64,000 nt of DNA from Lama glama (Eukaryota), in the NCBI GenBank assembly GCA_028534125.1, contig CM052819.1:105896001-105960000 (forward strand). Direction: 5' to 3'. Below, piece by piece: positions 1 to 9,401 of the stretch. Within the stretch, counting starts at the first letter, position 1. Every line of letters starts with the position of its first letter. Position numbers and translations under genes: made by a program. The notes under the pieces were generated by a model. That model was not told where the DNA came from. It saw only the letters and a program-made list of their open reading frames with translations, and made no database searches.

Positions 1-270
1 AGCAGAATCGTGGGCACAAGTTAATGAAATGGAAAGCACATCACCCAACAGAGTGAGGACGGTTCTCTGAGAAGACGGACCCTTGGCCTGTGGGATTGGC
101 CGGTGGGACAAACGGAAAGGGGCCCCAAAGACTCCTGGGAAATGAGGAGAAATTACAGCAGAGCCACAGACATAACAATTTTAAAAAATTATCAGTGACC
201 ATTACAACTTTATCCCAACAAATTATCTAAAACACATAAAGCTTACCAAAACAATTTGTTTTAGAAATCT

Positions 271-419
271 GAGGTGACGAGGGTGCTGCTCAGCGGCAGA
301 GCGCAGGCTTTGCGTGCACAAGGTCCTGGGTCCCATCCCCAGTGCCTCCGCTACAATAAATTAAGTGAATAAACAGACAAATCTAATAGCCTCTCCCCCA
401 AAAAACAAACGAAAAAAGA
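271..419 (+). mobile_element. tRNA-derived SINE (camelid-type)
   Basis: tRNA-like head GCTCAGCGGCAGAGCG...AAGGTCCTGGGTCCCATCCCCAGTGCCTCC with degenerate A and B boxes, an AT-rich middle, CTAATAGCCTCTCCCCC and an A-rich tail. Two related copies occur elsewhere in the window. Confidence 0.8.
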
Positions 420-2106
420 CATGTGATAACCTGTAACCACTAAAAATTTGAATCAAGAGTTAGAATCCACCAGCCAAGCTGATGCCAGACCCAGACGTTC
501 AAGGAGTAAGTAGCTCCAGACGGCTATAAACTCCTCCAGGGAATTCAGAACTAAGATAGCCCCCGCCCTCCCTCCCTCCCTCCCTCCGAGAGCTGGACCC
601 ACCGGAGCGCCAAACGAAGAAACGTGTGCAGGCGGCTCCACTTACAGAAGCTCAGAACCACTCAAATCATTGCTGCCGGAGGTCCGGGCAGCGGTCCCTC
701 TGGAAGGTGGGGGCTGGGAGGGGGACTGGAGGGTCCAGGACGGCCCTGGAGAGCTGGCCTGCCACGGCCTGGCCCTGACATCTGGTCCCCTGCGGGCTGG
801 AGGGGAGGGCGGGCCCGCTGGAGGCGCTCCGGGCCGGCCGGGGGCAGGGGCGGTGGTCTCATCCACAGGGTGGGCTCTCTCTACTGCTGACAAAGTATAT
901 CTCAAGCCCCACCCATCCTGGGCCTTAGAAAAGCTCCAGGGAAAACTCTCACAAAAAAGCCCCAAAACAAAGAGTCTGGAGCCCGTGGGTGCTTCCGAGG
1001 AGCGGGGGGGGGGGGGGGTCAGTTTCCTGGTCTCCGGCTGCTGCCTGTAGCTTCACCCCAGGCTGGGCGCCCCCTGGGGCCTGAGGCGGGCTCCGTGCAC
1101 ACGGCTCCCTGCCCTGCGCTCCTGCACGCCGTCCTCCCCTCTGCCGGACAGACAGACGGAACGCGAGCGCTTTGCACGCCGCGGAGGTTGGCTTGCCCCA
1201 CACAGAAAGGTCATGGATGCCAGCGGGTGGGGAGGGGACAAGGACAGTCCACAGCCAGGCCCTCCCGCCCGCAGTCCCCTCGGCACCCGCACCCGGCCAC
1301 TGGGCCACTGGGCAGATTTAACCTGACACAGGCTCACAGCAGGGCAGCCGGAGGGGCCCAGACCGACGCACCGCGCACGGGAGGGAACAGCCGTAGCACA
1401 GAGTGAGAAGGGCGAGTCCCCGAAGGTCACAGTCAGGGTGATGTCCTATCACCATGCAAGCTGCTGAATCCGAGTTACACCTTTTGGGAACACACAGAGA
1501 CGTGACTCAACTCCGTTTTTTCAAAGGTGACAGACAGCGAGCACAGTTCCCGGCCGAGCTCGCTGCGGCGCAAGAGCTGTCACTGATGTTCTGCTGTCCA
1601 CGTGAGGGCTATTGTAGCACAATCAGCAATAATTGATCATCAGTTGACTGATTAAAAATGAGTCATATGTGGACCAGTGATGGAAGTGAGTCGCGAGCTG
1701 AGGACCAGAGCTGCCCCAGTTCTGCAACCCTGATGCCCAAAGGAGCCAAAGCTGCCCCACTGGGCTCAACTCTCCCTGACGCAGGACCACAGGACATCTT
1801 CCGACAAGATGGGGCAGCCCGTACTCACTCCTGGAGGCGGGACTCCACAGCTGAGGGGAAGATCAGCCACGGAAAGACGGCGAGTCCCTGCCCGCGCCAC
1901 CTGCCGAGTGCGGAAGGTATGACGTCCCGGGCCACTCCCTCCTCCCAAGACCGTCCTCCCCCCCCCCCCACCCCGAGAGCCGCAGTGGAGCCGCAGGGAT
2001 CACTGCAGAGGGGACCAGCCCCACATCCTGGGTAACAGACTGGCCAGCCAGAAAACTGAGAGATGAAAGAAAGACAGGAAGAGATTGCTGCCTCGGGAAA
2101 GCACGA

Positions 2107-2112
2107 TTTATT
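2107..2112 (-). terminator. Polyadenylation signal (AATAAA) of the KRTAP12-family gene
   Basis: TTTATT on the plus strand, about 260 nt past the KRTAP12 stop codon. Confidence 0.7.
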
Positions 2113-2368
2113 TGGCTCATGTGAGGTGTGGCTTCCTGTCAGAGCCAGAGAAATCTGCTGGGAACCAGGGCTTCCCAGAGGGGATGTACAAGTTTACTGA
2201 AGGATCCAGATCATCTCAGCACATTTCCCTCCCCTGGGGGTCAGGGGGGTGGCAGAGCATGCTTTCCATCTGCCACGTGCAGAACCTGGAGGTCAGTCGA
2301 GGACTCGTGCCAGGAAGGACACAGGTGTGGCCCCATCTGCACTGGAGATGCTGGGAGGAGGCTCGCGG

Positions 2369-2596
2369 TCAAAGGCAGGAGGGGGTGCTATAGGAGGTGG
2401 GTCTGCAGACCAGGGTGGGGCAGGAGGGCTGGAAGCACCCGGAGGACTGGCAGGAGGGGGTCAAACACACGACTGGCTTGTAGCTCACGGGCACACGCAC
2501 TGGCCTGTATCTCACGGGGACATACACAGCTGGCCTGTAGGTCACAGGCACGCAGCCGGACGCCTGGCAGCCAGAGGAGCAGCTGGTGTGGCACAT
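2369..2596 (-). CDS. KRTAP12: Keratin-associated protein 12 family (KRTAP12-1/12-2-like), 75 aa, single exon
   Basis: The N-terminus MCHTSCSSGCQ and C-terminal PSCQSSGC.QPSC..LVCRP.SYSTPSC match the KRTAP12 family. VPV repeats are present, with a TATA box upstream and AATAAA downstream. The exact paralog cannot be resolved by eye. Confidence 0.93.
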   Translation of the reverse strand: MCHTSCSSGCQASGCVPVTYRPAVYVPVRYRPVRVPVSYKPVVCLTPSCQSSGCFQPSCPTLVCRPTSYSTPSCL

Positions 2597-2665
2597 GGTG
2601 GCTTAGGGCTGGGCCGGCGTTGGGAGGAGGGCGGTGATGTCTGCAGCCTCCCTCCCCGGGCGGCC

Positions 2666-2671
2666 TTTATA
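2666..2671 (-). promoter_or_regulatory. TATA box of the KRTAP12-family gene
   Basis: TATAAA(GG) on the minus strand, about 70 nt upstream of the ATG at 2596. Confidence 0.8.
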
Positions 2672-4899
2672 CCCGGGCCGTGGGCGTCCCGACCACACAG
2701 ACCCAGCTGTTGACTTCCTTGTTTCTGCTTCTTTCCGGCAGTTTCCTAGGATGCAGTTTTCTGCTGTAGATTTTCTGACTAATTAATTAGACCCCCTGCG
2801 AGCTCTTGTTACACGTGGCAGCCTGCCCAGCTGTCTTACTGGCGCCGTCTGGATTCTGCCTTGTTCCTCAAAATTTCATCTGAGCAACTTTTGAATGACT
2901 CTCCAGACCTCCCTCCCTCTGGGACGCTGGTCCTCCTCCCCATGTCCAGCTGGCTCCCCAGCGGATCCCCAGAGCGTGTCTGCCTGGTCCCGGGGTGTCT
3001 GGGCCACCGAGCAGGAGGTGGAGTGCCAGCGGACACACAGGAAGGATGCAGGGACCCCTCGCCCATGAGGTCCTGAGGATAAAGGGCGCGGGTCACAGAG
3101 AACTTCTGGTGGGTGGTGACCTTGGCTGCTCGTCCTGAGAAAGCCTCGCAGTTAGAAAAGCAATATGAGAAGCCACGGAGATGCAGCTCCGGGAATAGCA
3201 GGAGCCAGCATATCCGCAGGGAAGTGTGTACGGAGCAGGGGCCTTGGGGCGGCGGCAGGAGGGGTGCAGGTGGCTTGTGGATGGTCCGCGGGCACCGCCT
3301 GCACCCCAGCGGCCAGCACAATCTCTGGCCTACAGAGGTCAAGGTGGGCCCCGTGGGACTCGCGCGAGGGGCCAGCTCGTCTGGCAGCATGTTGACCAGC
3401 TGCGGTGAGGGCATGCAGCTGCTTGCGCTAGACGCCGCCTGCTCCCTCTTCCCTGGGGCTCTGGCCTGTCCCCTACGTCCCCAAAGCTGTCTCCAGCACC
3501 ACTCTGCCCGCCCGGATGCTCTGGCTGTAAAATCTGGATGAGCACTTGGATAGCCCTCCCTACCGCTTTTATCAAGAATTCAGGGGTCTCCACCTCTACC
3601 CTTGACAGCGAGGAAGCTTTGAGAATCTAATGCGGACAATGGTGTTTCTGAAAAAAACCCTGTAAGAGGCTGCTGAGTTGAAATGTAAGAGGCTTTATGA
3701 AATTTTCTCCTAAGGCCAGGTTCCTGACGTCTGGTGCACAGCTCCACACAGTTCAGGCACCACACAAATGCACACATGGCTGAGACCAGACAAACACTCC
3801 CACGCAGGGCCCGTCTGTGAGGGGAACACTGTTCCCCACGCCTAAGCTCTCGTCCATAAAGAGACACCCTCCAGCACTCCCGCCCCTCGGCTCCCTCCTC
3901 TGCAGGCGGGAGAGGGTCACCCGCTGGGTGACTGTGGGACAAGGAGGGGACCAGTCTGCCTGGGGAGAGCGCTTGCTGTGATCATCTTGGCCAGGGCATT
4001 CCCAGCACAAAGACCTCCCTGCCCGGGGCTGGGGGTCCCTGGGACGGCCTGACCGGAGAGCCTGCCTCATTGTGTTCTAGAAGCCACACGCCTGTCCTAG
4101 TCCTCCACTCGCAGGCGAGTTTACCCCTGCCTGCCTGATAGCTGCCTCTCCACTGGCTCTTCACTGAAGCAAAGACGAGAGATACCCAAAGAACTGCTCA
4201 AACCACAGCCTCTGCTGCAGGGCCCAGGAACCTTCTGGAACAGACAGGAGTTGAACATGGAGATCAAAATGATACTGGGAAAACTCAATGGAGTGACTGG
4301 TACCAGACCACTGAAGAAAACACATGAGATATCCACTTCCGGGCAGTGGTTAAGACACAGCAGTGACTGTGACTCCTGAGAGGGGGAAACCCGCAAGACG
4401 GCCTCCACACGTGCCCAGTTCCCGGCCTGGGGTCAGCCTCCCAGGTGCAGTGCAGTGAGCTGGGGTTTGGGCAGGACATGAGGCTGCATTCTGCTGAAGA
4501 GGAAAAGGCCCGTGGTTGGCACTGGAAGCACCTAGAATCTGAGGAGTCGGGCGTCAGAAAGGAGGGGCTGCATGCAAGTCCCCTGTAGATCTGTGCCGGA
4601 GGGAGGGGCTGTCTATACGTAAGGCAAGGCCACTGGCGGCTGCCAAGAAACTGCTGCAGGACTGAGAGTGGAGCCCCTCTGGCATCCCACTGACACCCCA
4701 TATAGTCAGCCCCCTAGGAATAGGGGTCCCACTCTAGATCTGCCCAACAAAGCCTAGCCAAGCCATGACAGGATTTCCAGGGAAGACAGCTTGGAAGATG
4801 AGTCTCACCAACACATAGAGCTTTCCACAGGTCTGCTCCAACAAAGTGTAAAATCCTGCACAAACAAGTTCAGGGTGGTCAGTTAGTAACTGACTGTCT

Positions 4900-5900
4900 G
4901 CCAGAATAAAAGTGAACAATCAGTAGAACATGAGAGAACGCAGGCTCTCCAAATGTATTATCATAATTGCTAATATACAATCAAAAATCACTAGACATAA
5001 AAAGATACAGGAAAATGTAGTCCGCAGTTAAAGAACAAAACAATAGTAATGCAGCCTCAGCTGGTCCAAATACTGGTTTTGCAAGCCATGGCATTAGAGC
5101 AGCTATTTGTTTAAAGACTCAAAGGAGGAGATGCTCAGAGAAGTCAAGGAAAATATTATGTTCATGAGTGAATAGGTTCTCATGAGGGAATCTCAGCAGA
5201 GGAATGGAAACATTAAAAATGGGAATTCTAGAACCAGAAAGCACAGTAGCTGAAATAAAATGTCCACTTGGTGGACCTAAAGCAGACTGAAGACAAACAG
5301 AAAGAGTGAGTGAAAGCGAAGATGCAGCAGGAGAAATTATCCAGTCTGACGGGAAAGAACGCACAAAAGTGACAAGACCTGCGACAGCATCGAACAGTCT
5401 GACACACACGTAAGCTCAGCCTCAGAATGCGAGAATGCTATCGAAGCACAAAACTGTTTTGAAGAAGTAATAGACAATTTTCCCAAACTTGATTTAAAAC
5501 AACTTACAGATCCAAGAATCGTAGTAAACCCCAAGCAGTATAAATACAAAGAAAACCACACCTGGCCACTGAATAGTGATAAAAACCAAAAGTTAAGAAA
5601 GAAAAAAAAAGAAAAGAAAGAAAAATAAAAAACTTCAAAGCAGTGAGAGAAAAAACACTCCACAAACAAGAGAAAAGACAACAACAGCTGACTTGTCATC
5701 GGAAACAGTGGGAGACAGAGGACAATGGAATGATATCAGCAAAAAGCTGAAGACAAAAATTGCCTCTGGAATTCTGTACCTAGAAAGAAAACCAATAAAA
5801 TGCACCTAAACTATCCAAAAAAAGAGAATTCCATACCCAGCACTCCACCTTCACGCCTGAGGGCGAAGTGAAACAATTTCAGAGAAACAAAAGTGAGAGA
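4900..5900 (+). mobile_element. Degenerate LINE-1 fragment (ORF1 region, old L1M-type)
   Basis: A-rich plus strand with L1 ORF1-like phrases (GACAATTTTCCCAAACTTGAT, AGAAAACCACACCTGGCCAC, GACTTGTCATCGGAAACAGTG, GAATTCTGTACCTAG). No intact ORF. Confidence 0.7.
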
Positions 5901-6682
5901 ACTCCCCAGCGGCGGACTTGCCCTCAAGAAATACCAAAGGAGGTCCTTTAGGTGGAGCAGAAACGGGCCCAGGGAGGGTCCGCGGGAAGGGCCAGGGCCC
6001 AGGGGCGCTGGGAGGCGCGTATGGACAGGAGCCTCGCTCTCCCTCTCCCAGTGACTGCCAGGAGCGAGGTCGCATACGGACATGCGTTCACACTGGGCTG
6101 CCCTAAACTCTCTCTGCTTTCCGCGTGATTTTGACCTGCGGTAAGAGCCAAAGGAGGCGCTGAGCCCATGGGTCGTGGCCTGTGCAGAGGCTCCAGGTCA
6201 TTCGCCGTGTGGTCTCAGATCAGCTTGGTCCCTCGGGTTTCCAAGTTCTGACCATGTTTTAGCCCCTGAGCCTTGGGGTGACATCATCACCGTGGTGTCC
6301 GACTCGTCACGGGGCTCCCTAGGGGAGTCCCCTCCACCCACAGCAGCAGTCACAGGGGCCTCACACAGGCACGAGGGCCTCAGGGACACAGCCTTGGAGG
6401 AGGCTGCAGCACTGCCCTGAGAGATGGCCACACCCTGTGAGCAGCACCCACCGGAGAATGACGTGTGGCTGGAGTGTAGAGAGAACACAGGGCAGACACA
6501 CATGAGGAGCGCGTAATCCACGCTCCTGCCAGCTGCCCAGCCCCCGGAGGGGCACCGGGGTGTCTGACGCTGGCTGCAAGGCCGGGCTGACCAGACCCTC
6601 GGGTGGGGAAAGGAATCCGGAGGGCGGCTTAGCCCCTCCCTCCCCACTCGGGTCCCCCGGGATCCACCCAGTGCTGCCTGAC

Positions 6683-7078
6683 GTGGGCAGACAATTCTGA
6701 GTTAGAAGCTCAAGATGGTCACCCAGTGAACTCTGATTAAGGACCTAGACCTGGGAGGTTATCCTGGGTGAGTGAGTGGGCCTGAAACTCCACCACAAGT
6801 GTCCTCAAAACGGAAGCAGCGCCTCCGTCTTCACACAGACAAGGACAGACGGCCGGCAGAGATGGGAGGGACGCGGCCACAAGCCAAGGACGCCTGGAGC
6901 CCCAGAGGCGGAAAGGGCCTCCCCTCCAGCCACACGCCCCCCGACGTCGGCTCAGCAGACCTGCTGTCAGACTTCGGCCTCCAGGACCGGGGAGGGGGGC
7001 AGATCTCTGTGGTTTTATCAATTTTATATGAGCAAGTGTGGGATCGTCTGTTACAGCAGCCACAGGGAACGGGTGCAA
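6683..7078 (+). mobile_element. MaLR solo LTR (MLT1-type)
   Basis: MLT1 hallmark phrases GATTAAGGACCT...GGAGGTTATCCTGG, GCCACAAGCCAAGGA, CAGACTTCGGCCTCCAGGAC and TGTTACAGCAGCCACAGGGAAC. Confidence 0.75.
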
Positions 7079-8177
7079 ATGTATATGATAAGCGTAGCTT
7101 CCATACTTTCTAAGTATTCTGGCTTAACATGTCATCGAGATGATACAGAAATGGTCATCACTGCAGAAACCCTTCAGCCCTTCACCCAAGGGGTCCAGCC
7201 AGCTTCCCTCACCCCGCAGACGGCGCTCTTCACCTGCTCCCCGAGCCTGGCCTTCAGGGTCCACCTGACCAGCCCCCTCACTTCCACAGTGGCTGTGCTG
7301 TCCCAGCCGCCCTGCCTGCCGGCCTCGCTGACCAGCGGAGGCCCCACGGGCACCCTGCCACCACCCCCGACCTGTGCAGCTGCCCTGCCCGTCGCACCTG
7401 GCAGCGTCTGGCGCAAAGAGCATTGGGATGCTGTTCCCTGGACCCCTGAGTGTCCCACTGGAGTGTCCCAAGAGCCCATGGACAGAGTCCAGGCTCAGCC
7501 CCCGGGAAAGACGCAGTGGAGGTGGGGCTGAGTCTGAGAAGACAGACGGAGAGGCGGGAGGGGAGGCAGAGAGAGCCCCAGCAAGCACGAGGCCTGATCG
7601 ATCCTCAGGCACCGGGGAGCCTGAGCGGGAGCCCCGCTGTGGGGGCGAGAGGGGAACGTTGCCAGCCGCACCTGACCGAGCCTCGGCTGGGCCACCACGC
7701 CGGCTGCTGCGGCCAACGCCACAGAGGTGCAGAGAGCCCGCAGGGTGCAACGGGGAGACACTCTGAGCAAGGGGGCCACAAACATCCCCGCCTCGGAGAC
7801 GCCGTCTGTGCGGAGAGCAGCACAGAGTCTGCTGTCTCGCCGCATCCTTCCCTCCGGCCAGGGCCCAAGACAGGGCCGCCGGCCACCGCCACCGCCACCG
7901 CCAGGGCCTGCCCTGGCATCTCCACCCTCCCTCGTCTGCAAGGACTCGATGACAAATGCAAAAGAAGGGGAACCACACGCCCCAGAAAGGAGCCACTTCC
8001 AGGTCCCAGAATCCAAGTTACCCCCCTTTCCGGATCACCAGGTCCCCAGGATGAGCGCCCAATGGCCGAGAGCACCCCGACCCCCACCCCCGCCTCGTCT
8101 CCAGCTGACCTGGTTCTCCCACACCCACTCAGCACGTGGTCAGGACCCGTCCTGTGGCCCCAACACACAGCCGGGGC

Positions 8178-8310
8178 TTTTACGAGCTGGGCCGCATCTC
8201 CTGGGAAAACAAGCGGCCCTAATGAGGGAGCCCAGGACCCGGACACCAACCGGGGAGGGCGGGCGTGGGGCCTCTGCTGGGGCAGCACGTGACACAGAGC
8301 AGGGATAAAA
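8178..8310 (+). promoter_or_regulatory. Proximal promoter of the KRTAP10-family gene (HOX13-type site and variant TATA box GATAAAA)
   Basis: TTTTACGAG at 8178-8186 and GATAAAAG at 8304-8311, about 75 nt before the ATG, followed by the CA-rich leader (CACTCACACACTCACTCAC) typical of KRTAP 5'UTRs. Confidence 0.6.
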
Positions 8311-8382
8311 GCCGACCATCTGAGCACCTCACCCACACTCACACACACTCACTCACCCTCCTCCAGCCCCACCGCCCCCGCC

Positions 8383-9033
8383 ATGGCCGCACCCTCCCTG
8401 TCCACCTGCTCCGGCGACCTGAGCTACGGCAGCCGGGTCTGCCTGGCCGGTCCCTGTGACTCCTGCACCGGCTCCTCCTGGCAGGTGGACGACTGCCCAG
8501 AGAGCTGCTGCGAGCCCCCCTGCTGCGAGCCCCTCTGCTGTGAGCCCTGCTGCTGCGAGCCCCTCTGCTGCGAGCCCCGCTGCTGTGAGCCCCGCTGCTG
8601 CGCCCCGGCCCCTTGCCTGAGCCTCCTCTGCGCCCCAGCAAGCTGTGAGCCCTGCCCCTGCCCATCTGCCTGCACCAGCTCCTGCACGGCCTTGTGCTGC
8701 CCGCAGCCTAGCTGCCAGCCCTCCTGCTGCACCTCCTCCCCCTGCCAGCAGGACTGCTGTGCGCCCCTCTGCTGCAGGCCCGTGTACTGCAGGCCTGTGT
8801 GCTGCACGCCCGTGTGCTGCAGGCCCGTGTGCTGTGAGCCCACCCCCTGCCCCTCGTCCTGCTGCAGACCCTCCTCCTCCGTGTCCCTGCTCTGCCGCCC
8901 CGTGTGCAGACCTGCCTGCTGTGCCCCTGTCCCCTCCTGCCAGCCCAGCTGCTGCCGCCCGGCCTCCTGCGTGTCCCTGCTCTGCCGCCCCAGGTGCTCC
9001 CGCTCGGCCTGCTGTGTCCCCGACTCGGCCTAG
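8383..9033 (+). CDS. KRTAP10: Keratin-associated protein 10 family (KRTAP10-12-like by position), 216 aa, single exon
   Basis: The N-terminus MAAPSLSTCSGDLSYGSRVCL.GPCDSCTGSSWQVDDCPESCCEPPCC is the KRTAP10 signature. It has 59 Cys in 216 aa, CCxPx pentapeptides, SSVSLLCRP motifs and a strong Kozak context GCCATGG. Confidence 0.96.
   Translation: MAAPSLSTCSGDLSYGSRVCLAGPCDSCTGSSWQVDDCPESCCEPPCCEPLCCEPCCCEPLCCEPRCCEPRCCAPAPCLSLLCAPASCEPCPCPSACTSSCTALCCPQPSCQPSCCTSSPCQQDCCAPLCCRPVYCRPVCCTPVCCRPVCCEPTPCPSSCCRPSSSVSLLCRPVCRPACCAPVPSCQPSCCRPASCVSLLCRPRCSRSACCVPDSA
8506..8610 (+). repeat. Coding 15-bp tandem repeat (TGCTGYGAGCCCNNC x6 plus one variant unit) encoding CCEPx
   Basis: Directly visible as CCEPP CCEPL CCEPC CCEPL CCEPR CCEPR CCAPA. 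Confidence 0.95.
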
Positions 9034-9395
9034 AAGTCCTGCTGCTGACCGGGCCTGTCCCCTCAGGGCCAGCCGGGTGCTATGGGCACCTCCCTGACCA
9101 TTGCTGGCCCCCCACGCCATCCTCAGAAAGCACCCCAGCCCGAGCTCTGGTATGCACCTCTGCATGAACGTTCACTGACCTCAGACCCCAACAAGCAGGG
9201 CTTAGCCCGTCTGTGGCCTCCACATTAGGCGCAGATGGATGTGAGATGGCCCTCCCCTACTACCAGGGGCCCCCAGGTTACCCCTGACAACCACTGACCC
9301 CGCTCTTCCTCCCAGGCTTGGGGCCGTACTCTGCCCTGTCGCCCCCTCCCGCTGCTCTGCGCCCCCTCTTTCCTGCAGGCATCTTGAGCTGAATG

Positions 9396-9401
9396 AATAA
9401 A
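9396..9401 (+). terminator. Polyadenylation signal of the KRTAP10-family gene
   Basis: AATAAA about 360 nt after the stop, followed by GT/T-rich sequence. Confidence 0.8.

Noticed and set aside
271-350. tRNA-like sequences (also about 18185-18260 and 36080-36140)
   Set aside because: They are SINE heads with AT-rich bodies and tails and no intact cloverleaf.
1004-1018. G15 homopolymers (also 45901-45915)
   Set aside because: Simple homopolymers whose length is error-prone in assemblies; no supporting functional context.
7124-8348. Cluster of 250-290 aa ORFs on both strands upstream of KRTAP10
   Set aside because: Low-complexity Pro/Gly/Arg/Ala translations expected from stop-poor GC-rich DNA; no recognisable domain.
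8339-9165. Long antisense and alternate-frame ORFs overlapping KRTAP10 (270, 150, 139 and 108 aa)
   Set aside because: They are shadows of the repetitive GC-rich Cys/Pro codons of the real gene, with no independent promoter or family similarity.
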